In this document: piece by piece, positions 51,307 through 60,018 of the stretch | Layout: each line of letters starts with the position of its first letter | Position numbering within the stretch: position 1 is the stretch's first letter | Origin: Chitinophagaceae bacterium | GTDB lineage: Bacteria > Bacteroidota > Bacteroidia > Cytophagales > JASGCU01 | Reading direction: 5' to 3' | Assembly (NCBI GenBank): GCA_030053935.1 | Contig: JASGCU010000002.1 | Location: 9,107 to 73,106, forward strand | DNA length: 64,000 bases | The notes under the pieces: generated by a model | What the model was told of the DNA's origin: nothing | The model's database searches: none | What the model saw: only the letters and a program-made list of their open reading frames with translations | Position numbers and translations under genes: made by a program

Positions 51307-52794
51307 TTATTTAGATTCTATAGTATCTATAAAAGGAAATAATATACTTTGGTAAAAATCGCTGTTGTTATAAGTAACGTGTAGTAATTTGTTTTCAAAT
51401 TTTTTAGGGTCGCTATTATTGTTAATGTAAATTCCGTGTTTTTTTGTAGAATATGTTCCTTCAAAAGCTGGGGTCCTGTGGATATCTTGTATTTTGGATA
51501 AAACCCATTGTTCGTTTATTTTTCCATATATTATAAAAGAAGCATCACATTGCTGTAGGTATATTCTATGTAGATTTCGCATTTCTATTATATTTGTTTC
51601 AAAATTAGGTGTAATAATATGAAAGTCCATATCTTTAAAAAACTTTACTATAGGAATAGCAATATCGGTATCTATTTTGTCAAAAATAACATAAATACTT
51701 TTTTTTTTTTCTATAGCAGATGTTTGGTGTCTTTTTTTTTTAAATTGCTCACCTAAAAAGTGTATTTCTTTTTTTATTAATTCTTTAAGTTCGGCAATAT
51801 TTCCTTGGAATATATCTAAAAAATAGTCTGTATTAATATCTGTTTTTATTCTATCTATAAAAATATCTTGTTTTTCATAGTGGTTTTGAAAATTTTGTGG
51901 TATCCATATTATTTTTTTTAAAAAGTGATTTGTTTGTTTTCGTATATTTTGAGAATAGGATTCTACTATGTTGTATTGTAGTTCTGCAATAGATATTTTA
52001 TTTTCTTGTGCTTCTGTTCCATAATATTCGCCTATTAGATGGATAGACATAATGCTTTTTTGTATATTCTCTATAATAAATGATTCAATTTCTTCATTTT
52101 TTTGGGGTAAGGGAGTTGTTGGTAAAACATTATACCCATAACGTACCAGTTCTCGTTTTATAGTATCTCTTTGATTTACAAGGTCATGTTCTGTAATTGA
52201 TAAGTATATTGTTTTTTCTTTTTCAAGTTCTTCTTTTTCTGGATATGTATTTTTTGATTGTTGATTTTCGTGTTTTAAATTATGGTAAATATATTTTATA
52301 TGGTTTGCAATATCTAACATGTTCATCCAGTAAGGGTTTTTTGACCCTTTTCCTAAAAAAGGAATAAGTTCTTCTATTTCCCTTGTAATGTTATTTATTA
52401 TATAAAATTCATATTTTTGTGTGTTTTTATACTCATTTAGGAATACATCTTCTTCTATTGGTTTTTTTAATACTTCAATTATTGGATATAATTTTTCAAG
52501 AGAGCGGTTTTCTTCTGTGTGGTATTTTTCTCCAAATTCTTTTATTTTTTGAACAAGAGTATTTTTTTTATTATAACCAGTGGATACAATAATTATACAA
52601 ACAAGTGTGTTTTTCCATGTTTCTTTTTCAATAAAAGCATCAGATACTAGTTTTATTGTAAGTGGGACAGGCATTATTTGTATCAAATAAGATCTTAAAA
52701 TATCCTCAAAACTTTCTATCCATAGAATTTCTTCTTTTTTAGTGTTTCTTTCTGGTTCTGTATAACATATAATTATTTCTGTTCCTATCTGCAT
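51307..52794 (-). CDS. hypothetical protein with three tandem TIR/DUF4062-like modules
   Basis: 495 aa. A thrice-recurring strand-acidic-helix-strand pattern (TEIIICYTEPE.., TIYLSITEHDLVNQRDTIKRELVRYGYNVLP.., SIYVIFDKIDTDIAIPIVKFFKDMDFHIITP..). The fold assignment is inference from pattern only. Confidence 0.45.
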   Translation of the reverse strand: MQIGTEIIICYTEPERNTKKEEILWIESFEDILRSYLIQIMPVPLTIKLVSDAFIEKETWKNTLVCIIIVSTGYNKKNTLVQKIKEFGEKYHTEENRSLEKLYPIIEVLKKPIEEDVFLNEYKNTQKYEFYIINNITREIEELIPFLGKGSKNPYWMNMLDIANHIKYIYHNLKHENQQSKNTYPEKEELEKEKTIYLSITEHDLVNQRDTIKRELVRYGYNVLPTTPLPQKNEEIESFIIENIQKSIMSIHLIGEYYGTEAQENKISIAELQYNIVESYSQNIRKQTNHFLKKIIWIPQNFQNHYEKQDIFIDRIKTDINTDYFLDIFQGNIAELKELIKKEIHFLGEQFKKKRHQTSAIEKKKSIYVIFDKIDTDIAIPIVKFFKDMDFHIITPNFETNIIEMRNLHRIYLQQCDASFIIYGKINEQWVLSKIQDIHRTPAFEGTYSTKKHGIYINNNSDPKKFENKLLHVTYNNSDFYQSILFPFIDTIESK

Positions 52795-52815
52795 TTATGT
52801 GTATTTATAAATGAT

Positions 52816-55800
52816 TTAAATTATTTGAATGGTATTTTCAAATACTTTTAGATGTTTGGTTTCTAAAAATATTGCGGTTACTATCTCTTTATATTTTCCT
52901 GCTGCTTCAAAAAAGTCTACTGCGGGTAGCACTAAAAGTTCTGTTTTTTCTTGTGCAATATATCTATGTTGATTCGCTTGATATTCTAGTATGGTATCCA
53001 ATCCTATAACAGAACCTGAGTATAAAGTATCTAATATTTGTTCGCTATCATTATATAAGAGAACTTCTCCATGTAACAATATGTAAATAAACTCATTTTT
53101 TTTTATGTTTTGATCTACGAGTATTTTTTTTTCGTTTAGTATTACGTATTTAAAAGATTCTATTATATTTGCAAGAATGTCTTCGGGAATATGTTTAAAT
53201 AGGAAAATTTTGCTGATAAATAATATTTTTTCGGATAGGAGCATTATTTTTTTTTTGGTATTTTCTTTCCCATAGGATTGTATTTCTGTACGTGTGTTAT
53301 TTGATAATAAAACTTTATCTAATTCTTTTTTGATGTTTATATCTAATAATTGAGAATAGTATTCGTATGCTCGTTTATCCTTACTATAAATTATATAAGC
53401 GCTTGTCTCGTATATTAATTTGTTTTTATGGAATATACAAGCAGATATACTTTGATTCAGAGGTACGTGTTCCATTTCTTTTAGTGCTAATAGTGCTAAT
53501 ACTTTTATCCAGTGGTTTATATTATTGTATCCTCTGTTTATGATAGATAATAAAATATCTTCATTATTTTTAAAATGTATTATTGGATAATATGTTGATA
53601 ATTTGTCTACTTTATTAGATATATGGTTATCATCAAAAATAATAAATGCTACTTCTTTTAATTCTACGTCTAAAAAAATATCTAGCATTTCTAATGCGAA
53701 AGTTATACCTTCTATATTTTTTTCATTGATATTTTCTTTTACTAAAATAACAGATTGAGTATCGTATAGTAGTATCATGAGATTAAATATTTGCTCATTA
53801 TTTTTCTCATTTTCGTTTTTTAATGATTTTATTATTAATCGTGTTAGATATTCTGTTTCTTCGTGATGACGGAATTTTATAAGGGATTGTATGCAATTGA
53901 GATTCCATACTATTTTAGAAAACAGAGATTGAATTTCTGTTTTTATTCGTTCTCTTTGAATTCCTTTTGCTTTATAGTTTAAAAAGCTTAACCAATAAAA
54001 AACTTCATTTACAATAATTTTATCATGAAAATCTGTTTTTTTCCATAATCTATTAACACAATCTTGGTTTCCAATGCGTCCTAATATTTGAACTATGAGA
54101 AGCATGGTTGCTCTATTTTGTTCTGTTCTATAGAAGGCGGCGTCTATCAAATGAACGACGTTTTCTTGAAGTATAAGGGAAGATTTTGCGAGAAGCGAGT
54201 AAGTATGGGTAGAAAGGTTGTCTATAAGTAAATGGTATAATTCGTTGTAGTGTAGAGATGTGGTGCTGATAATGGCTGCTTTTCTTACATCAGGGTCTGA
54301 ATCTTTTAGGAGATCTATGAGTAAGAGCAAATGCTTATCGTCTTTTTTTATTTGTGAAAGCAATTGAGATAAAAATATTTTGTTTTTTTTGTTAGTTGAT
54401 TGTGTTATTTTTTTTGATTCCGTATAATCTAAAAGGTATGATCTATTATGAGCGAGGTATTCTACTAATTTTTTAGATTGTTCTTTTAATACGGGTATTG
54501 TTTCTTTTTCAGCAAAGATTTTAATTTCTTCTAAATAATGGAAATTATTATACTCAAAGCATTTGGTGTATATAAATTCTCTTATTTTTATATTATCAAA
54601 TTCCAAAAGATATATGAGGTATTTTTTATAGAGAATAACATCTATTTTTTCTAATATATTGAGTCCTATAATAGCATTATTGTAGTGATTTTCTTGTAGG
54701 TTCAGAATAATATTATTCATTATATATGCCTCTATATTATTTTTATTGACATTTTCTATTTCTTGTTTTTGAGACATAAGAGACCGCTTAATAGCTATTT
54801 TATATTCATCATACAAGAGTGATGCTAGGATTAATACGGTTACTAAAAGGATAATATTTATGTAAAAATAATGGATAGTTGTAAAAAAATTTAAGGATCC
54901 TAATCCTAATAGTATAATTCCTAAAATAAAACTCGATGATTCATTTACAACTCCTTCTATTCTGGACTGGATGTTTAACCGTATTTTGGGATTTAATGGG
55001 AGAAAACAATTCTTAAAAGAGAGTGTTTCTATGGCATCCTTTGTAGAGCTGCCAAGAACTCTTCCTATAGCAGTAAATAAGAAGAAAAAAAGATAGTCAC
55101 TATCATTTTCTTGATAACCGTATATATGCCCTGTGATAACAGAACCTATACAAAATATGGATAGGACAAAGGGCATAATCATAAGAGATGTTTTTATTCC
55201 AAAATTGGTTAATATATAATCACTGACTGTTGTTTGAATAATAAATGTCATCCCCACGACAGCGGCATCGTAAAAGGATAGAAAAATGGAAAGGTCTTTT
55301 TCTTCTGTGTATCTGATGTCCATCGCTCCTAAATATGCGTTTTCCATCAGCAATTTTGTAGCGGTGGATGCTATGAGAAAAAAACAAAGAATCTTCAAAT
55401 AATTATTACTGAATAAAAAACTATACGATATTTTATTATTTAATTGGGTGCTCTTGTTTTGTATTTTTGTATCTATATTAAAATCTCGAACCAATATAAT
55501 TGAGGTAATAAAGAGGCATAGTATTCCAACCACAGATACATTTAATAGGTTCTCAGTTCTAATGAGGTCAAAATTTTTGAGAAAAGCAATAACCATAAAA
55601 GTAATAAAAGTAGCAGTGAGCTGCCCCGAATCTATCCCTCCTATAAGTCGCTTCGCCGAACGAATATCAAAAATTCTTCCGAAAGCTCCCCAAAAAACTA
55701 AAAATGTTAATGCTTTTATAGGTGATAAAAGAGTAAACATAATAAAGGTTATCCGAACATCACCCGTTAGTTTCAGAATAATCTGTAGTCCGAATACTAA

Positions 55801-56076
55801 TAAAAAAATAAAAAAAAGTATAGTGATAGTTATGGAAGAATATTTTAAGGTATTTTGATAGTGGACAAAGCATAAAGTTCCCATTACTCCTAATACTCCA
55901 CTCACTATTAAAGCAGGAACTAAATATTCTTTCCCTATACTAAGAAGGAATAGAGTTTCTACTCCTACTTGGTACATGGCAATAAATACGCCCATAAAAA
56001 ATCCCATTAAGAGGAGAAGTATGATTTGGTATTGTTGTTCGGGTCTCCCCCCTAAGAATATGATTATTTTTTTCAT
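52816..56076 (-). CDS. TLC (ATP:ADP antiporter)-like MFS membrane domain fused to HEAT repeats and a C-terminal cNMP-binding-like domain
   Basis: 1086 aa. About 11-12 TM in the first 430 aa, with FWGAFGRIFDIRSAKRLIGGIDSG resembling the TLC FW..an.....AKR motif. HEAT-type LLKDSDPDVRKAAIISTTSL. C-terminal FKHIPEDILANIIESFKYVILNEKKILVDQN...FIYILLHGEVLLY...LYSGSVIGLDTIL...TELLVLPAVDFF reads as a CAP-effector (cNMP) fold with an atypical phosphate-binding cassette. Confidence 0.7.
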   Translation of the reverse strand: MKKIIIFLGGRPEQQYQIILLLLMGFFMGVFIAMYQVGVETLFLLSIGKEYLVPALIVSGVLGVMGTLCFVHYQNTLKYSSITITILFFIFLLVFGLQIILKLTGDVRITFIMFTLLSPIKALTFLVFWGAFGRIFDIRSAKRLIGGIDSGQLTATFITFMVIAFLKNFDLIRTENLLNVSVVGILCLFITSIILVRDFNIDTKIQNKSTQLNNKISYSFLFSNNYLKILCFFLIASTATKLLMENAYLGAMDIRYTEEKDLSIFLSFYDAAVVGMTFIIQTTVSDYILTNFGIKTSLMIMPFVLSIFCIGSVITGHIYGYQENDSDYLFFFLFTAIGRVLGSSTKDAIETLSFKNCFLPLNPKIRLNIQSRIEGVVNESSSFILGIILLGLGSLNFFTTIHYFYINIILLVTVLILASLLYDEYKIAIKRSLMSQKQEIENVNKNNIEAYIMNNIILNLQENHYNNAIIGLNILEKIDVILYKKYLIYLLEFDNIKIREFIYTKCFEYNNFHYLEEIKIFAEKETIPVLKEQSKKLVEYLAHNRSYLLDYTESKKITQSTNKKNKIFLSQLLSQIKKDDKHLLLLIDLLKDSDPDVRKAAIISTTSLHYNELYHLLIDNLSTHTYSLLAKSSLILQENVVHLIDAAFYRTEQNRATMLLIVQILGRIGNQDCVNRLWKKTDFHDKIIVNEVFYWLSFLNYKAKGIQRERIKTEIQSLFSKIVWNLNCIQSLIKFRHHEETEYLTRLIIKSLKNENEKNNEQIFNLMILLYDTQSVILVKENINEKNIEGITFALEMLDIFLDVELKEVAFIIFDDNHISNKVDKLSTYYPIIHFKNNEDILLSIINRGYNNINHWIKVLALLALKEMEHVPLNQSISACIFHKNKLIYETSAYIIYSKDKRAYEYYSQLLDINIKKELDKVLLSNNTRTEIQSYGKENTKKKIMLLSEKILFISKIFLFKHIPEDILANIIESFKYVILNEKKILVDQNIKKNEFIYILLHGEVLLYNDSEQILDTLYSGSVIGLDTILEYQANQHRYIAQEKTELLVLPAVDFFEAAGKYKEIVTAIFLETKHLKVFENTIQII

Positions 56077-56118
56077 TGCTTTAATACGTTATTTTTATTT
56101 TTATGGTATCAGTTTTAT

Positions 56119-57234
56119 TTAATCCAATAGAGAATCTACATTTTTATAAGGGGTATGAAATGCCTCTGATACGGCTTTATACACAACATGAGAATGGATA
56201 ATATTAAGTCCTAATTTGAGTTCTTTTTGGTCTTTACATGCTTGTTTCCATCCTTTATTTGCTAAATTAACCGCATAAGGAATGGTAGCATTAGTAAGTG
56301 CAATGGTAGATGTATAAGGAACTGCTCCTGGCATATTAGCAACACAATAATGAATTACTCCACTTACTTCATAAATAGGGTTTTGATGGGTGGTAGGATA
56401 GGTAGTTTCAAAACATCCTCCTTGGTCAACAGCAACATCTACCATAACCGTTCCTTTTTTCATAAACGCAAGCATCTCTTTGGTAATAAGCTTGGGGGCT
56501 TTTGCTCCCGGTATAAGAACAGCTCCTATAATCAGATGATGATCTTTGATAAGTTCTCGGATGTTATATTCATTACTCATAAGGGTCTTTACATTTTTTG
56601 GCATTATATCATCTAAATAACGTAATCTTTCCAAACTTATATCAAGTATAGTAACATCTGCGTTAAAACCTGCTGCCATCTTTGCTGCTTCTGTTCCTAC
56701 CACACCTCCTCCTATGATTAATACTTTTGCGGGTCGTACGCCGGGGACTCCTCCAAGTAAAATTCCCATTCCTCCCATTGGTTTTTCTAAATATTTTGCA
56801 CCTTGTTGGATAGACATTCTCCCCGCTACTTCAGACATTGGTACGAGGAGCGGAAGTGATTTGTCTTCTTTTTCGACTGTTTCGTAGGATAAACATACTG
56901 CTCCATTATCTATCATAGCTTTAGTAAGTTTTTGATTGGATGCAAAATGAAAATATGTAAATAACAGATGGTTTTTTTTTACTAATGTATATTCTTCTTC
57001 AATGGGTTCTTTTACTTTTATAATCATTTCAGATTTTTCATATACGGAATCTATAGTAGGTAATACAGATGCTCCTCCTATCCGATAATCTTCATCACTA
57101 TAACCACTTCCCGAACCTGCTGACTCTTGAACGTACACATCATGTCCTCTTTTTATTAATTCTGCAACACCACTCGGAATAGCGCCTACTCTATTCTCAT
57201 TGTTTTTTATTTCTTTTGGTATTCCTATAATCAT
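56119..57234 (-). CDS. ald: alanine dehydrogenase
   Basis: 371 aa. MIIGIPKEIKNNENRVG..., NAD motif VLIIGGGVVGTEAAKMA, ...VDVAVDQGG... Confidence 0.92.
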   Translation of the reverse strand: MIIGIPKEIKNNENRVGAIPSGVAELIKRGHDVYVQESAGSGSGYSDEDYRIGGASVLPTIDSVYEKSEMIIKVKEPIEEEYTLVKKNHLLFTYFHFASNQKLTKAMIDNGAVCLSYETVEKEDKSLPLLVPMSEVAGRMSIQQGAKYLEKPMGGMGILLGGVPGVRPAKVLIIGGGVVGTEAAKMAAGFNADVTILDISLERLRYLDDIMPKNVKTLMSNEYNIRELIKDHHLIIGAVLIPGAKAPKLITKEMLAFMKKGTVMVDVAVDQGGCFETTYPTTHQNPIYEVSGVIHYCVANMPGAVPYTSTIALTNATIPYAVNLANKGWKQACKDQKELKLGLNIIHSHVVYKAVSEAFHTPYKNVDSLLD

Positions 57235-57811
57235 TGTATTATTTGTTTTTTATTGTTAAATAGTGTCTGCAACAAACTTTTTAGTTTTTATTCAATTTTT
57301 CGAAGTGTTTTTTTTGCTCCCTTCAAATAAAAAATCTTTTTTCTTCTTACTATGAAATACCAAACCCTTGTTGGTTTGTCTTTATTTTCATAATTATTTG
57401 TTTTGCTTATTTTATTGCTAAAATAAGCATTTTTTATTTATTTATGTATAATAAGCCATACAATGATTCTTTTTGATAGAAATAAATAGTTTTTTTTATG
57501 TAGTTTCACAACAGTATCGTTTTGTGCTATATTTGTTTTGCTGAAATATTTAGGTTATGAATATATTAACATTACCTCTTTTTCTATTAGTTGATGACTT
57601 TTACTGAATATGGTATTGGTAATATCATCAAAATATATACTACAGCTTTTACAATAGTAAGTTTAGCAATGGGCTTCTATTTACCATTTCCTTTTTTACG
57701 ACAATTGCTTCCTCAACAGTGGGGACATATAACTTTATCTTTTCCTCAATGCAATTTACGTAAACAATCCCGGCATTCTGAAGTATTTATCATTTTTACA
57801 AGTTTAATTTT

Positions 57812-57967
57812 AAAAAAAATTGAACATATATCAAAAATGACTAAAATAAATATTATGTTATTATTTTACCATTCTAAACGCTCTTAAGAGCGAAAAAAAT
57901 ATGAACACATATCAAAAATAACCAAAATAATATTATGTTATTATTTTATTTTTTTACCAATCTAGAA
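57812..57967. repeat. imperfect about 70-bp direct duplication flanking a 14-bp palindrome; the second copy carries the start of the 57935 gene
   Basis: Copy 1 is 57812-57877 (aaaaaaaattgaacatatatcaaaaatgactaaaataaatattatgttattattttaccattctaaa). The palindrome cgctcttaagagcg is at 57879-57892. Copy 2 is 57892-57967 (gaaaaaaatatgaacacatatcaaaaataaccaaaataatattatgttattattttatttttttaccaatctagaa). Confidence 0.8.
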
Positions 57968-59689
57968 TCTACTAAGATAGTTATTTTTTATAGTATACTC
58001 TATTTATTTTGTTCTTGTGCAAGCCAGTCATCTCTCACCGGAGGAAAAAAAGACACCATTCCACCGACTCTTATTGCTTCCATTCCCAAAAACAACTCTA
58101 CAAATTTCAAAAACAAAAAAATTATACTTACCTTTAGTGAAAGTATTCAAGAAAAAAACCTAAAAAATAATCTTATCATAACCCCAAACTATGATAATAC
58201 TTTTCAACAAACCATATCAAATAAAACTCTCATACTTTCATTTCGTAAAAACTGGAAAGACAGCACTACCTATACCTTAAATTTTAATAATACTATTGCT
58301 GATACGAGAGAAAAAAATGAAGCAAAAAACCTAACTCTTTCTTTTTCCACAGGAAATACTATTGATACTCTTTCTATAAACGGAGTAGTAACGGATTTAA
58401 TGAACAATAAATCTATAAATAATGCCACCGTCTCTCTTTTTTACTCCAAAGACACCTGTAATATCCTAAACTGCAAGCCCCTTTACCTTGCTTATACGAA
58501 TGAAAAAGGTTTCTTTCGTATTACAAATATAAAAAAAGGATATTACATTCTATTTGCTTTTGAAGATAAAAATAAAAACTCAAAAGCCGAACCCGATACC
58601 GAACCATCCGGTTTTATAAAAGATACATTACAAATAGAACAAAATACTGACTCATTAAAAATAAAACTATCCACCATAGATATACGTCCAATAAAAAAAA
58701 TATTCAGCAAAGCCAACGGAACATATTTTGATGTAAAATACAATAAACCACTTGTAAAATGCAAAGTAATTATTGCAAAACAAGATTCTCTCAAGCAACC
58801 TAAATACAGATATGCCTTTGTAGAGAATAAAACAACTGTAAGATTTTATAACAGAACCAAAAAATTTGATAGTGCTAAAATTATCTTACAGGTATTTGAT
58901 ACTACTTTTTGCACAAAAATAGATACTTTTTTTCTAAAATTTCAACCCTCCAAAAAGCAAAAAACACCATTTTATTACTCTCTCAATCCTAACAATAAAA
59001 CCGAAGAACTTCAAAAAATATTTATTACTTTTTCAAAACCACTCCTTCTTTTTAATTGGAACAAAGTTTTTATCACTTACGATAGCGTCCCATATAAACA
59101 ACCATTAGACACATCTCACGTTATATGGAACGAAAATAAAAACATAGTTTCTTTTATGCTCAAACTCAATAAAAATTTCATACGGTATAAAACGGACTCT
59201 CTCAAAAAAGAATTTTCAAAAATAGAAAAGGATACCGCTTCCCCATACTATACCACAATAAAAAAAAAAATAAATACCTTTTCAAAAATAAAAGAAAATT
59301 CTTTTTACATCTCTTTCCAAAAACAATGTATTATTTCTATAGATTTAGATACTCCAAAAACCCAATCTTTCCTTTATTCTTTTTATGAAACAGAAAACTA
59401 TGGTATTATTTCAGGAAAAATAAACACTTCTCAAAAAAAATATATTTTACAACTTATAAATAAAGATTACAAAGTAATACAAGAGATCCCTCATACAAAA
59501 GATTTTACATTCTCTCTTATTCCACCCGGTGATTATTCATTTCGTATATTAATAGATAGTAATGAAAATGGAATATGGGAAAATGCGAATATAATAGAAA
59601 AAAGACAGCACGAACCTGTCTTTTTTTATGATACATTTATAAATATACGAGCTAATTGGACCATTGATAATATAAATATAACTTTCTAA
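57935..59689 (+). CDS. Ig-like (Big_5/SbsA-type) domain lipoprotein
   Basis: 584 aa. Lipobox-like ...YLFCSC followed by DTIPPTLIASIPKNNSTNF...ILTFSESI, typical of Bacteroidota Ig-like domain proteins. The start sits in a duplicated segment, so the exact start is uncertain. Confidence 0.65.
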   Translation: MLLFYFFTNLESTKIVIFYSILYLFCSCASQSSLTGGKKDTIPPTLIASIPKNNSTNFKNKKIILTFSESIQEKNLKNNLIITPNYDNTFQQTISNKTLILSFRKNWKDSTTYTLNFNNTIADTREKNEAKNLTLSFSTGNTIDTLSINGVVTDLMNNKSINNATVSLFYSKDTCNILNCKPLYLAYTNEKGFFRITNIKKGYYILFAFEDKNKNSKAEPDTEPSGFIKDTLQIEQNTDSLKIKLSTIDIRPIKKIFSKANGTYFDVKYNKPLVKCKVIIAKQDSLKQPKYRYAFVENKTTVRFYNRTKKFDSAKIILQVFDTTFCTKIDTFFLKFQPSKKQKTPFYYSLNPNNKTEELQKIFITFSKPLLLFNWNKVFITYDSVPYKQPLDTSHVIWNENKNIVSFMLKLNKNFIRYKTDSLKKEFSKIEKDTASPYYTTIKKKINTFSKIKENSFYISFQKQCIISIDLDTPKTQSFLYSFYETENYGIISGKINTSQKKYILQLINKDYKVIQEIPHTKDFTFSLIPPGDYSFRILIDSNENGIWENANIIEKRQHEPVFFYDTFINIRANWTIDNINITF

Positions 59690-60018
59690 ATAATGCATAA
59701 GTTATTGTATTTCAAATTGTTATATTATTGTTCAAAATTATTTTATAATGTTAATAAAATAAATAATATCTATTTTTATCCACATTTTTTTGTTTTTATG
59801 TGTATAAAGTACTACTTTATGTGTATTATTATAAATAACTGATAATCAATTACTTATGATTTTTTAATAATTATTTTGTTTTATGAAACTACCATAAAGA
59901 GTTATGTTACAAAATACTACAATAATATATTAACATATTAACATATATAATAATAACAACAATTCATATATATACTATATAATTATAAATACTACTCACC
60001 TATAAATGTGAATAAAAA

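Noticed and set aside
57404-57429. 10-bp hairpin tgcttatttt/aaaataagca followed by a T-run in the divergent spacer upstream of the Ig-like gene (possible terminator, attenuator or sRNA end). A second small hairpin caaacc/ggtttg is at about 57361-57378.
   Set aside because: The stems are almost pure A/T (2 G:C pairs), which is expected by chance in this composition. No upstream plus-strand gene needs termination.
57591-57887. 98-aa ORF in the ald / Ig-like gene spacer (possible small membrane protein).
   Set aside because: Alternative start codon, and its C-terminus is merely the duplicated MLLFY start segment of the downstream gene. No homology recognisable. Kept only as context for the duplication finding.
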